Origin: Pseudomonadota bacterium
Lineage (GTDB): Bacteria; Desulfobacterota; S145-22
DNA: 64,000 nucleotides
NCBI GenBank assembly: GCA_015493505.1
Contig: WGDA01000005.1
Coordinates: 8,525 to 72,524, forward strand
Direction of reading: 5' to 3'
Position 1 is the stretch's first letter. Each line of letters starts with the position of its first letter. The position numbers and the translations under genes were made by a program. Of this stretch, positions 8,613 through 18,573 are shown piece after piece. The notes below the pieces were generated by a model. The model did not search any database, was not told the DNA's origin, and was given only the letters and a program-made list of their open reading frames with translations.

Positions 8613-11132
8613 TTAAGCCATCACGTCTTTCAGGGTGTCGAGAATCTCTTTCGCTTTCTGGAAGTTTGGCCCCGCCCGAAGCCCACGTTCCCGGCGCTTC
8701 CTGGGGGTTTTCCCGCTTCCCTGAACCTCCTCGAAAATCCCGTCCTCGAGGGCAACACGCAGCCACCCCTGGAAGGTTGCCGAGGTCAGGGATTCCGGAC
8801 AATGGGCCTGGCCGGTTGAAAGCATCTCCTTCCCCCATCGAATCATCTCCTGAATCACTTTTCCCTCTTTGGCCTCCCTCCCTTCCATCTTTCTTACCGT
8901 GTAGGACACCCCAACCAGAAACCCTTCCAGGGCGCTCAGGGTTAAATGCCGGAGATCCCTTGCTTCGTCCTCGTCCAGCGTTTCGAGGCGCGTCTGCCCC
9001 AGGCGGTACCAGCGTCTGGGATGTTCCACCGGCAGGAGAAACTCGTACCGAAACAGGTGGAAAAGGAACGAGAAAGCCCTGTAAGGCGTCAGCGCGCCTC
9101 TGTTTCGTCCCGCCCGGGCCGCCCAGGCGTAGAGAGAGAGGGGCGCGAGGTGGGCGATCATCATGTTCTTGGAAAACTCGAGGTGAATCCGTTTTTCCGG
9201 CGGCACGAAATAAAAGGGGTCCGCTTCATCAACTTCCACCCCCTTCCGGATGATGCCATCCTGGGTAAAAAGGCCGAGTGACCGGAGGTAGGCCTCCCGC
9301 GCTTCTTCCGCCTTCACGGGGATGTCTGTTCCTATCTCCTCGAGGATACGCCTGTAGAGTTCGGCGGTCTTCACCACCTCGGACTGGCTGATTCCCCGGC
9401 CAACGCGCGAAAGCAGCGCCGCGGCCACGAGCGAGGAAGGGGTAACCGCCATGGCGCTCTGGATGGCACGGATTATGTCGTCCGCGACTTTCTGATACAG
9501 ATCCCGGCGGTGGACGACAGCTTCCGGCATGGCCGCCACGTTCTTTTCCTCCAGGTACCTTTTGAGGGAGATAGGAGCCCCAAACCGCACGAACACGGTT
9601 CCATACCGCTTTCGGAAAATCTTACGTATTCTGAGCAGATCCCGCTTCTTCTCCTTGCGCTTTTCTTCCCCTCGCAGTTCCCGGATATATCCCTCTTCCT
9701 CCACGATTCTTTCATAGGAAATCGCCGTTGGTACCACGTAGATGTCCTTCACCGATTCCTCGGCCAGCGCGCGAAAAATCATGGCGATCATCCCTTTTTT
9801 CGGCAGAATCAGTTTCCCCGTCCGGCTTCTCCCCCCCTCGATAAAAAACTCTATGGGAACCCCCTCCCGGATCAGTTCTCTCAGGTAGAGGTAGAACACC
9901 TCTCCATAGAGAAGGTTGTCCCTGAAGCTCCTTCGGATAAAAAAGGCGCTGGACCGCCTGAAAACCGGACCCACCGGCCAGAACGAGAGGTTGGTCCCCG
10001 CGGCCACCAGGGGCAACGGCAGGTTCATTTTGTAGAGCACGTAGGACAGCAGGAAATAATCGATGTGGCTCTTGTGAGAAGGGATATAGACGAGGGAATG
10101 GTTCCGCGCGATCCTTCGCAGCCGCTGCTGCATGGCTTCATTCACGTCAACCCCGTCGTACAGGTTCTGCCAGACCCACCGCAGGATTTTTTCCCAGACC
10201 TTCACGTAGGAAATGCGAAGGTCGGCGGCAATTTCCATGACATATCCCTTCACCTTTTTCGCCAGTTCCTCAACCGGCTTGCCCTCTTCAGCCGCCCGCT
10301 TCTCCAGGTAATCCCACAGGTCAGGCATCTCCAAAATCTGTGAGACCATGCGCCTTCGAGAGGGAAGGGGAGGGCCGGAGATGCCACGCAGCTTTTTATC
10401 CAGAATGGAGACGGCGGCCTGCCGCAGCTCCAGGGCAATCTCACTGTCCGACTTGCCGGGGTTCTGCTTTAAAACCCGCTGCACGTCGATGGGGGGTCCC
10501 AGGCGAACCTGTATTCTCTTTCTGAAAAGGACATTCTTGACCCGCAACGTCCATTTGGGGGTAGAGAATTTTCCCCAGAACGCCGTGTAGAGGGAGCGTT
10601 TCTCCGTCTGGGGAAGAACATCATGGATAACAAGGTGCGGGACGAGGTAAATGGGCAGCGAAGAGCTTCTTTGCGCCCGCACCACCGCTTTGAGCGGCGT
10701 GGTGCGAAAATTCAGGCATCGCTGGACATAGGCGTCAGCCGGGTTGATATACACAGTAAAGGGAACCCGTCCAAGGGTCGAAATATCCTCATTTTCGGCA
10801 AAGGGGTCGAAAAGGCATCTCCTCTTCACAATCCACAGGAGGTGCGCCTTCAGGTGTGCCAGCCATCCCCGGATGGATATCCACGGGAGCATGGATATCC
10901 CCAACGGAAACTTGGGGTAATTTCCCCCCTTCTGGCGATAGAGGTAGTAGAGCGCCAGGAAATCGATGCGGCTGGGGGAATCCAGCAGCGGGACGACCAC
11001 CCCCTTCGCCACGAGGGCGCGCCACTTCTTGAGGTGATCGGGTGAAATCTCCACGCGGGCGAAAAGCCCCGGGAACAAGCGCCGGGAGATCCACCCCTGC
11101 ATCAGGTCAAATCGATACGGTTTCAGTCCCAT
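8613..11132 (-). CDS. plsB: Glycerol-3-phosphate acyltransferase, PlsB type.
   Basis: It has the H(X)4D motif HKSHIDYFLLSY and a long colinear block matching E. coli PlsB (AGTNLSFWPVGPVFRRSSAFFIRRSF, FIEGGRSRTGKL). The track ORF start (11366) overlaps rsmE, so the start was moved to the ATG at 11132 (MGLKPYRFD). Confidence 0.85.
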   Translation of the reverse strand: MGLKPYRFDLMQGWISRRLFPGLFARVEISPDHLKKWRALVAKGVVVPLLDSPSRIDFLALYYLYRQKGGNYPKFPLGISMLPWISIRGWLAHLKAHLLWIVKRRCLFDPFAENEDISTLGRVPFTVYINPADAYVQRCLNFRTTPLKAVVRAQRSSSLPIYLVPHLVIHDVLPQTEKRSLYTAFWGKFSTPKWTLRVKNVLFRKRIQVRLGPPIDVQRVLKQNPGKSDSEIALELRQAAVSILDKKLRGISGPPLPSRRRMVSQILEMPDLWDYLEKRAAEEGKPVEELAKKVKGYVMEIAADLRISYVKVWEKILRWVWQNLYDGVDVNEAMQQRLRRIARNHSLVYIPSHKSHIDYFLLSYVLYKMNLPLPLVAAGTNLSFWPVGPVFRRSSAFFIRRSFRDNLLYGEVFYLYLRELIREGVPIEFFIEGGRSRTGKLILPKKGMIAMIFRALAEESVKDIYVVPTAISYERIVEEEGYIRELRGEEKRKEKKRDLLRIRKIFRKRYGTVFVRFGAPISLKRYLEEKNVAAMPEAVVHRRDLYQKVADDIIRAIQSAMAVTPSSLVAAALLSRVGRGISQSEVVKTAELYRRILEEIGTDIPVKAEEAREAYLRSLGLFTQDGIIRKGVEVDEADPFYFVPPEKRIHLEFSKNMMIAHLAPLSLYAWAARAGRNRGALTPYRAFSFLFHLFRYEFLLPVEHPRRWYRLGQTRLETLDEDEARDLRHLTLSALEGFLVGVSYTVRKMEGREAKEGKVIQEMIRWGKEMLSTGQAHCPESLTSATFQGWLRVALEDGIFEEVQGSGKTPRKRRERGLRAGPNFQKAKEILDTLKDVMA

Positions 11133-11137
11133 CTTCC

Positions 11138-11875
11138 CTATCCATCCCCAAGGACATACTGCAGGATCGATAATACCTTTATCACGGCTGTCTCCAAACG
11201 CAAGGTGCGGGCCCCGAGATGGCAGGGAACAAACCCCCGGGAACACGCCCGCTGAATCTCCGCAGGCGAGAATCCCCCCTCCGGACCGATCGCCACCGTT
11301 ACCCCCCGCGTCGCGTCTCCTTCGTTCAGGCATGCCTTCAGCCCCCGTTCCGCGTCCGGCGCGCACACGAGTTTCAGGGAGGCGTCATTCATCCCCAGTG
11401 CCTTGTCCAGGGGCGTAACCTCCAAAAGCTCAGGGATGGTGGAGCGGTAGGATTGTTTCGCTGCCTCCTTCAAAATCTGTTTCCACCGTTCCCGTTTGCG
11501 GGCCGCCCGCTCTCCCGAGAAGCGGGGAACGCTACGTTCGGAAACAACCGGAACGATCCGGCGCACCCCAAGCTCCGTGGCCTTCTGGAGAATCCATTCC
11601 CACTTCTTCCCCTTAGGCAACGCCTGGATCAAAGTCATCGCCAGCGGGGATTCGGCGGCCCTGGAAACGGGGCGCTCCAGGCGCGCCACGGTTCTGACGT
11701 CATCCGACTCTGCGATAACGGCGTGATACAGGGATTCACCATCGGAAACGAGAATCCGGTCCCCCGGCCTGAGCCGCAAGACCCGCCTCAAATGCGCGTG
11801 TTCCGCGCCCGCCACGACCGCCTCCGCCTTTTCCGCGTTCAGAGAGTCGGCAAAAAACTGGAAGGTTCGGCTCAC
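11138..11875 (-). CDS. rsmE: 16S rRNA (uracil1498-N3)-methyltransferase RsmE.
   Basis: It is an RsmE-family (SPOUT) sequence. The GTG start at 11875 overlaps the prmA stop (GTGA). Confidence 0.75.
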   Translation of the reverse strand: MSRTFQFFADSLNAEKAEAVVAGAEHAHLRRVLRLRPGDRILVSDGESLYHAVIAESDDVRTVARLERPVSRAAESPLAMTLIQALPKGKKWEWILQKATELGVRRIVPVVSERSVPRFSGERAARKRERWKQILKEAAKQSYRSTIPELLEVTPLDKALGMNDASLKLVCAPDAERGLKACLNEGDATRGVTVAIGPEGGFSPAEIQRACSRGFVPCHLGARTLRLETAVIKVLSILQYVLGDG

Positions 11876-12747
11876 GCCCCCGCCCCCCGTGGCGCCAGCG
11901 CGAATGAAACCCACTCGCCCAGTGTCCTTCGCGACCGTTTTTTTAACCCGGCCTCCAGGGCCCTTTCGAGAAACCCGTCTGCCTGCTCCCGCAGAAGGCC
12001 GGACACTACGAAGACGCCCGCGGGCGCCAGGCGCCCGGCAAACGCTGTCAGCAGTTCAGACAGGGTTGGCAAGGTGATGTTGGCCAGGATCAGGCGGTAC
12101 TGGCCCCGGACGGCCTGGATCGGGCCCCTGAAAAACCGGATTTTCTCAGCGACGCCGTTGTTTTCGGCGTTTTTCCTGGCAATGGTGATGGCGACCGGGT
12201 CGATATCCAGGGCCACGATCCGCTGCCCCCCCAGCCGCGCCGCCGCAATGGCCAGGATGCCGGATCCCGTCCCCACGTCAAGGATCCCCTCCAGAACGGC
12301 GGGAGACTCCTTTTTCAGGCGGATGAGATGGCGCAGACACAACCGGGTGGAGGCGTGCCCTCCCGTGCCAAAGGCCATCTGAGGATCGATGGAGATGACC
12401 GGACAAGAGGCGGGTTTTCGCAGCTTTCGCCACGACGGTTTGATAATCAGGTCATGCCCGAAACGATAAATCTTCGCGTACCGTTTCCAGGCGTCCCGCC
12501 AGTCCGACTCCTTCAGGAAACCCACCGTGATCTCGGGAACCGGCACGTCAAAATTCAGGCATATTTCATTCAGTTTTTCAAGGATTGTCTCCCTGACGGC
12601 GGCCCAGCGCGCCTCTTCGAGATAAAATGAAATCTTCTTCGCGCCTGCCTCGTCCTCCCAGACCACTGGCTGGAACGCGCCCTGGCCCAGAAAGGCCAGA
12701 ATCGCCTCCGCACAAGGACCCGGATTATGAAGGTTTACCTCGATCAT
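11872..12747 (-). CDS. prmA: Ribosomal protein L11 methyltransferase PrmA.
   Basis: It has PrmA family sequence with the SAM-binding motif DVGTGSGILAIAA and is 291 aa. Confidence 0.85.
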   Translation of the reverse strand: MIEVNLHNPGPCAEAILAFLGQGAFQPVVWEDEAGAKKISFYLEEARWAAVRETILEKLNEICLNFDVPVPEITVGFLKESDWRDAWKRYAKIYRFGHDLIIKPSWRKLRKPASCPVISIDPQMAFGTGGHASTRLCLRHLIRLKKESPAVLEGILDVGTGSGILAIAAARLGGQRIVALDIDPVAITIARKNAENNGVAEKIRFFRGPIQAVRGQYRLILANITLPTLSELLTAFAGRLAPAGVFVVSGLLREQADGFLERALEAGLKKRSRRTLGEWVSFALAPRGAGA

Positions 12748-12923
12748 CTTGTTGAAATTCTACCAAATTCCCCCTGAAATGTCATGGCAATCTCATGGAA
12801 TTTTCCTGTCGATTTCAGGGGAGAACTTCCGAGGGACTCTGCCCCTCGCCGAACCGGTTTTATCATTTGACAATCCCCGCGTCCTGGTCAATAATACCCG
12901 CGAATCTTAAACGGAAAACCGAG

Positions 12924-13160
12924 ATGCGTATAAGAGAAATCACACTCGAAACCACGCTGCTGGAGCTTGTGGAAGCCTACCCCGAGGCCTGTAAAATCTT
13001 CGAGCGCTATAACGCCCAGGCCGGCGAGTGCATTCTGTGTTACAGCCTGTTTGAACCGCTAAAAAAGGTGATCGAAAAATACGGGCTCAACGAAGAATCC
13101 CTTTTGTCTGAATTGCGGGCCGTCCAGCAAACCCCTCGCGATGCCTCTCGGAATACCTGA
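12924..13160 (+). CDS. DUF1858-like small protein (redox-disulfide-like CxxC domain).
   Basis: It is 78 aa from the ATG at 12924. The pattern ITLETTLLELVEAYPEACKIFERYNAQAGECILC...KYGLNEESLLSELRA resembles DUF1858. The upstream part of the track ORF is not supported. Confidence 0.45.
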   Translation: MRIREITLETTLLELVEAYPEACKIFERYNAQAGECILCYSLFEPLKKVIEKYGLNEESLLSELRAVQQTPRDASRNT

Positions 13161-13431
13161 AAGACAAGTTCCTCCTCCCGGCTTGCCCAAAACCTTTAAA
13201 ACGGCCAATTTCCGTCCTTTTCCGGTATGATTGCGGGGCCGCTTTACCCGGGTTCCAATCTATGATATAGAATCAAACTAATGTTGAAATGTGACATTTT
13301 CTCTTGTTTTTTTCCGTTGTTCCAAACCTTGATTGGATTATCCTTTTGTCTTCAAAGATGACAGGGGGATGTGGCGTGGAGGCCCCGGGGGCTTCCATAC
13401 AAGAGTCAACCTATAAAAACAGGAGGGGGAT

Positions 13432-14454
13432 ATGAAACGGTTTAAAATCATTACAATCCTGGTTGCCCTGGCGTTTCTTTCAGCCATGGTGGCTGCGGCC
13501 TCGGCAGGGACCCTGCAGGATGTCCGCAAGAGAGGGTACCTCAAGGTCGGGGTCAACGGAAGTGTCTTCGGCTTCAGCATGCCGGATAAAAAAGGCGTGT
13601 GGCGGGGACTCGACGTGGATACCGCCAAAGCCATCGCCGTGGCGGTTTTCGGTGACGCGAGCAAGATAAAATACATCGCGCTCACCGCCGTCCAGCGTCT
13701 CCCGGCGCTCCAGTCCGGGGAGATCGATGTGCTTTGCCGCAATACGACCCAAACGCTGACCCGTGACACCGTCAACGGCCTGAATTTCGCCCATGTCAAT
13801 TTTTATGACGGCCAGGGCTTTCTGGTTCCGAAAAAACTTGGAGTCAAGAGTGCCAAGGAACTGAACGGGGCCACGGTCTGTGTGTTGCCCGGCACGACCA
13901 CCGAGATGAACGCTGCCGACTTTTTCCGGAAAAACGGCATGAAATGGAAACCCGTGGTCATCGAGCAGTCCTCGGAGCTCAACAAGGCCTTCTTCGCTGG
14001 CAGGTGTGACGTGATTACCTCGGATTCCTCCCAGCTTGCCGCCATTCGTTCCATCGCGCCCAACCCCAAGGACTACGTGCTGCTGCCAGAGATTATCTCC
14101 AAGGAGCCCCTCGCCCCCGTGGTCCGTCACGGCGACGACCAGTGGTACGATATTGTCAACTGGACGGTCATGGCTCTGATCCAAGCGGAGGAACTGGGCA
14201 TCACATCCAAAAACGTGGATGTAATGCTCAAAAGCAGCGACCCAAGGGTCAAGCGGTTCCTCGGGGTTACCCCCGGGCTCGGCAAGGATCTTGGGCTGGA
14301 CAACAAATGGGCCTACAACATCATCAAAGCGGTGGGGAACTACGGAGAAATCTTCGAGCGCAACGTGGGCGTCAACACCCCTCTGGGACTCAAGCGTGGT
14401 CTGAACGCCTTGTGGACCAAGGGCGGGCTGATGTATTCCGCACCGTTCCGTTGA
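13432..14454 (+). CDS. aapJ: General L-amino acid ABC transporter, periplasmic substrate-binding protein (AapJ/BztA-like).
   Basis: It has a signal peptide and a polar amino-acid SBP fold, with the RBS CAGGAGGGGG. It is followed by two permeases and an ATPase. Confidence 0.8.
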   Translation: MKRFKIITILVALAFLSAMVAAASAGTLQDVRKRGYLKVGVNGSVFGFSMPDKKGVWRGLDVDTAKAIAVAVFGDASKIKYIALTAVQRLPALQSGEIDVLCRNTTQTLTRDTVNGLNFAHVNFYDGQGFLVPKKLGVKSAKELNGATVCVLPGTTTEMNAADFFRKNGMKWKPVVIEQSSELNKAFFAGRCDVITSDSSQLAAIRSIAPNPKDYVLLPEIISKEPLAPVVRHGDDQWYDIVNWTVMALIQAEELGITSKNVDVMLKSSDPRVKRFLGVTPGLGKDLGLDNKWAYNIIKAVGNYGEIFERNVGVNTPLGLKRGLNALWTKGGLMYSAPFR

Positions 14455-14524
14455 GATGACACTGAGGCGGGCACTCCCGAAGAAGTGCCCGCCTCGTCTC
14501 TTCGCTTGATGTTCCGAGAAATCC

Positions 14525-15751
14525 ATGAAACAGGGCGGAGCGCCTTTGGACAAACCAAGCACACACACCGCAAACGGTCCGTATCTTAAGGAAATTGAAA
14601 AGGTCCCTTTCTGGCTGGACCCCAAAAAACGGGCCTGGGTTTATCAGTTTTTCGTCTTCTGCATGGTCGGCCTGCTGGCCTACTATCTCGTCTCCAACAC
14701 CATTCTGAACCTGAAACGACAGCATATCGCAACCGGCTTCGGGTTTCTTCACAAAGAGGCCTCTTTCGAGATCGGGGAATCGCTTATTCCCTATTCGGCG
14801 GCCAGCACCTATGGCCGCGCCCTGCTCGTTGGCGCCCTCAATACCATCAAAGTTTCATTTATCGGCATCATCATTACCCTGATCTTAGGCACGATGATTG
14901 GCGTCGCGCGCCTGTCGAGTAACTGGCTGGTTTCCAAACTCGCGGGGTTCTATATCGAGGTGATGCAGGACATTCCGGTCCTGCTGCAGCTATTTTTCTG
15001 GTACGCCATTTTTTATGAAACCCTGCCCTCTCCACGCCAGGCACTGCATCCCTTCAACGGGCTCTTCCTGAGCAACCGGGGGGTCGCCCTCGCGGTTCCC
15101 GCCGCGATTCCCGCTTACAAATACATGCTCCTTGCCTTCATCGCGGGATGCGTCGCAGCCTATTTCTTGCGGAAGTGGGCGCGAAAACGCCAGGAAAGAA
15201 CCGGGAAAATCTTCCCAGTCTTTCTTACCTCCACAGCCATGATCCTTGGGTTCCCCCTTATCGTGTGGGTTGCCTTCGGCGCCCCCATCCAAATGAACAT
15301 CCCGAAACTCTCGGGGTTCAATTTCAAGGGGGGCATCATGCTCACCCCCGAGTTTATCGCCCTCCTGACCGGACTGGTTCTCTACACCTCTGCGTTCGTG
15401 GCCGAGGTGGTTCGCGCAGGGATTCAATCCGTCAGCAAGGGACAACGGGAGGCAGCCATGGCCCTGGGGCTGAAGCCACCTTACGTCCTGAATCTGGTCA
15501 TCCTCCCCCAGGCGATGCGGGTGATTATCCCCCCGCTTACCAGCCAGATGCTCAACCTGACCAAGAACAGCTCCCTGGCGGTCGCCATCGGGTTTCCCGA
15601 TTTTGTTTCCGTTGCCAACACCTGTATCAATCAGACGGGGCAGGCCGTGGAAGGGGTGGCCCTGATCATGGCGGTTTATCTCATCTTCAGCCTGTCCACC
15701 TCGCTGTTCATGAACTGGTACAACAAAAAAACCGCGCTCGTGGAAAGATAA
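14525..15751 (+). CDS. aapQ: General L-amino acid ABC transporter permease (AapQ/BztB-like).
   Basis: It is a multi-TM permease with the EAA-like loop of polar amino-acid transporters. Confidence 0.8.
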   Translation: MKQGGAPLDKPSTHTANGPYLKEIEKVPFWLDPKKRAWVYQFFVFCMVGLLAYYLVSNTILNLKRQHIATGFGFLHKEASFEIGESLIPYSAASTYGRALLVGALNTIKVSFIGIIITLILGTMIGVARLSSNWLVSKLAGFYIEVMQDIPVLLQLFFWYAIFYETLPSPRQALHPFNGLFLSNRGVALAVPAAIPAYKYMLLAFIAGCVAAYFLRKWARKRQERTGKIFPVFLTSTAMILGFPLIVWVAFGAPIQMNIPKLSGFNFKGGIMLTPEFIALLTGLVLYTSAFVAEVVRAGIQSVSKGQREAAMALGLKPPYVLNLVILPQAMRVIIPPLTSQMLNLTKNSSLAVAIGFPDFVSVANTCINQTGQAVEGVALIMAVYLIFSLSTSLFMNWYNKKTALVER

Positions 15752-15757
15752 GGACCC

Positions 15758-16861
15758 ATGGAAGAATACACGCCTGAAGCCGCATACAGCCCCATGAAAC
15801 CCCCGATCACGCACACGGGCGTCATTGGATGGATCAAGAAGAATCTCTTTAACGGCTACCTCAACTCTCTGCTGACCCTGGGAATCCTTTTCGTTTTCTA
15901 CAAAATCATCCCGCCCTTTATCCGGTGGGCCTTCCTCGACAGCGTCTGGTGCCCGGATTGCGCCGGCGCGTGCAGAAAGGCGGCCGGCGCCTGCTGGTCC
16001 GTGGTAACCTCCAATATCCGATTTATCATCTTTGGGTTCTATCCCTACAGCCAGCAATGGCGCCCCCTCATCGCCATGCTCCTCCTCTTCGGACTCATCT
16101 ACTACAGCAGCAAGAGGGAAAACTGGAGAAAATCCTTGATTTACATCTGGGCCATCGGACTTTTCGTCATGGGCACCCTGATGAAGGGGGGCATTTTCGG
16201 ACTCGTCCCCGTGGAGAGCACCAAATGGGGCGGCCTTCCCCTGACCCTTCTCCTCTCCGTCTTCGGACTGACCGCGGCGTATCCCCTGGGCGTCATTCTC
16301 GCCCTGGGCAGGCGGTCCAAGATGCCGGGGATCCGGTGGCTGTCCATTATCTACATAGAACTGATTCGAGGCGTCCCGCTCATCAGCCTCCTTTTCATGG
16401 CCTCGATTATCTTTCCCCTCTTCCTCCCCGAAGGGGTTACCATCAACAAGATTCTTCGGGCGCAGGTGGCCATCATTCTGTTCACCGCGGCCTACATCGC
16501 CGAGGTGGTCCGCGGCGGGCTTCAGGGGATTTCAAAGGGCCAATACGAGGCGGCGGAATCCCTGGGGTTGAACTATGTCCTGACCATGCGCCTGGTCATC
16601 CTGCCCCAAGCCCTGAAGATCGTTATCCCCCCAACCGTCAGCATCCTGATTTCCGCCTTCAAAGACACCTCGCTGGTGGTCATCATCGCCCTTTGGGATC
16701 TGATGAAAACCACCCAGTCCGTGCTGTCTCACCCCAAGTGGATGGGGTTTTCGCCGGAAGCCTACATCTTTCTCGCCATCCTCTACTTCCTCGGTTGCTT
16801 TTCCATGTCCAACTACAGCCGGAAGCTCGAACGGGAACTGTCGCAGGGAGAACAACGGTAA
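15758..16861 (+). CDS. aapM: General L-amino acid ABC transporter permease (AapM/BztC-like).
   Basis: It is the second permease, with the conserved permease signature GLQGISKGQYEAAESLGL. Confidence 0.8.
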   Translation: MEEYTPEAAYSPMKPPITHTGVIGWIKKNLFNGYLNSLLTLGILFVFYKIIPPFIRWAFLDSVWCPDCAGACRKAAGACWSVVTSNIRFIIFGFYPYSQQWRPLIAMLLLFGLIYYSSKRENWRKSLIYIWAIGLFVMGTLMKGGIFGLVPVESTKWGGLPLTLLLSVFGLTAAYPLGVILALGRRSKMPGIRWLSIIYIELIRGVPLISLLFMASIIFPLFLPEGVTINKILRAQVAIILFTAAYIAEVVRGGLQGISKGQYEAAESLGLNYVLTMRLVILPQALKIVIPPTVSILISAFKDTSLVVIIALWDLMKTTQSVLSHPKWMGFSPEAYIFLAILYFLGCFSMSNYSRKLERELSQGEQR

Positions 16862-16879
16862 TGGATTCACGAAAATTTT

Positions 16880-16942
16880 CCTTTCACTCCGTGAAATCCG
16901 CTTTGCTGTGGCTTCGCCCCCTGGTTAAACATAAAAGTAACA
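16880..16942 (+). promoter_or_regulatory. Cluster of inverted repeats in the aapM-aapP intergenic region: TTCACG-N18-CGTGAA and GTTTACC-AG-GGTAAAC.
   Basis: It was read directly. The second repeat is a perfect 7-bp-arm palindrome with a 2-nt spacer. It is followed by TTTCAC/TTTAC direct repeats up to 16995. Confidence 0.4.
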
Positions 16943-17003
16943 GGTTTACCAGGGTAAACTTTTCACATTTCACTTTTTACTTTACACTACTTGGGGCCAA
17001 CTC

Positions 17004-17780
17004 ATGACGAATAAAACAAAACAGGAACCGACCGCCCAGCCTTCATCCAACGCCATGATTGAGATCATCGATCTTCACAAGTGGTATGGAGAACTTCATG
17101 TCCTGCAGGGAATCAACCTCACGGTGAAACGGCAGGAACGCATCGTGATTTGCGGGCCCTCCGGCTCGGGGAAATCCACCCTCATCCGGTGCATCAACCG
17201 GCTGGAGGAACACCAGCGCGGGCGAATCATCGTGGACGGGGTCGAGCTGACCAACAACGTCAAGAATATCGAGAAAATTCGCGCGGAAGTCGGGATGGTC
17301 TTTCAGCACTTCAACCTCTTTCCCCACCTGACCATCCTGGACAACCTGACCCTGGGCCCCATCTGGGTCCGGAAGATCCCCAGGAAAAAGGCGGAAGAAA
17401 CCGCCATGTACTATCTGGAAAAGGTACACATCGCGGACCAGGCAAAAAAGTATCCCGGCCAGCTCTCCGGCGGCCAGCAGCAGCGGGTCGCCATCGCCCG
17501 AAGCCTCTGTATGAATCCCAAGATCATGCTTTTCGATGAGCCAACCTCCGCCCTCGATCCGGAAATGATCAAGGAGGTCCTGGACGTCATGGTCGAGCTG
17601 GCCCGCGAAGGTATGACCATGATCGTCGTCACCCACGAGATGGGATTCGCCAAGAGCGTGGCGCATCGGGTGCTGTTCATGGATTATGGCCGCATCGTTG
17701 AGGAAAACACCCCGGAGGAATTCTTCTCCAACCCCCGACACGAACGCACCAAACTCTTCCTGAGTCAGATTCTGAGGTAA
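17004..17780 (+). CDS. aapP: General L-amino acid ABC transporter ATP-binding protein (AapP/GlnQ-like).
   Basis: It has Walker [10 protein letters not shown], the signature [13 protein letters not shown] and Walker B. Confidence 0.85.
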   Translation: MTNKTKQEPTAQPSSNAMIEIIDLHKWYGELHVLQGINLTVKRQERIVICGPSGSGKSTLIRCINRLEEHQRGRIIVDGVELTNNVKNIEKIRAEVGMVFQHFNLFPHLTILDNLTLGPIWVRKIPRKKAEETAMYYLEKVHIADQAKKYPGQLSGGQQQRVAIARSLCMNPKIMLFDEPTSALDPEMIKEVLDVMVELAREGMTMIVVTHEMGFAKSVAHRVLFMDYGRIVEENTPEEFFSNPRHERTKLFLSQILR

Positions 17781-17808
17781 ATCAAGAGATTCTATAAAAA
17801 GTCTTTCT

Positions 17809-18336
17809 CTATTCCGGCACCACCTTGCCGATGTAGGGAAGATTCCGGTGCTTCTGGGCATAGTCGATGCCGTACCCCACGACGAAGACATCGGGAATCT
17901 TGAACCCCACGTAGTCCACCTCGACCGGCACCTCGCGTCGTTCCGGCTTGTCGAGCAAGGTACAGATGCGAAAGGAGGCGGGGCTTTTCAGCAGCAAATA
18001 ATCCCGAACCTTCTCAAGGGTGTATCCCGTGTCGATGATATCCTCAATGATAATGACGTTCTTCCCCCGGATATCCTCTTCCAGGTCCTTGTTAATCTTG
18101 ACCTCGCGGGAGCTTTCCATATCACTGCCATAGCTGGATACGACCATGAAATCGATTTTCGCGTCCAGCTTGATCTCCCGGGAGAGATCCGCCAGGAAGA
18201 TGGTGGATCCCCGCAACAGCCCCACCAGAATGACCTCCTCCGAATCCTGGTAATCCTGCGTAATCTGCTCACCGAGCTCCTTGACCTTTTCCCTTATCTC
18301 GTCTTCCGGAATCAGCACGTCGACATGGTATTTCAT
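17809..18336 (-). CDS. hpt: Hypoxanthine-guanine phosphoribosyltransferase.
   Basis: It is 175 aa and has the PRPP-binding motif [13 protein letters not shown]. Confidence 0.85.
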   Translation of the reverse strand: MKYHVDVLIPEDEIREKVKELGEQITQDYQDSEEVILVGLLRGSTIFLADLSREIKLDAKIDFMVVSSYGSDMESSREVKINKDLEEDIRGKNVIIIEDIIDTGYTLEKVRDYLLLKSPASFRICTLLDKPERREVPVEVDYVGFKIPDVFVVGYGIDYAQKHRNLPYIGKVVPE

Positions 18337-18429
18337 GTTCTTCCCCTTACTGTTATCAAGTTTTGGATTTTTTATAACACAAAACGGTTTCGGTTTAAAT
18401 CAGGTTCACGAGGATAGGCATGTTCATCC

Positions 18430-18455
18430 GCGCGCCGTCCAGTTCGCGCTTTTTT
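18430..18455 (+). terminator. GC hairpin plus T6 (GCGCG-N10-CGCGC-TTTTTT), a possible intrinsic terminator or attenuator in the leader region upstream of the ABC permease gene.
   Basis: It was read directly. There is no + strand gene upstream, and hpt is divergent. Confidence 0.3.
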
Positions 18456-18573
18456 CTTGCCCGTCAACTTCAACGCCTTCACGCCATTACCTATTGTTTC
18501 CGTTGAATTTTATTGGTGTTGCCAATCCGTTCACCCTTGACACCCCCCTTCGATTCGGGTAGGAAAAACGACC

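Noticed and set aside
11133-11366. N-terminal 78-aa extension of the plsB track ORF (MRAGRGTGAEG...).
   Set aside because: It overlaps the rsmE coding sequence on the same strand in another frame. It is Arg/Gly-rich with no PlsB similarity. An ATG with a reasonable context at 11132 yields a PlsB-length protein.
13480-14625. 381-aa minus-strand ORF overlapping aapJ. Similar long antisense ORFs lie at 14990..16057, 17043..17891, 36619..37515, 37720..38931 and 61311..62339.
   Set aside because: Each lies opposite a gene with unambiguous homology (ABC transporter components, alaS, the activase protein, bamD-like). They are low-complexity and Arg/Gly/Pro-rich, which is typical of spurious antisense frames in high-GC DNA.
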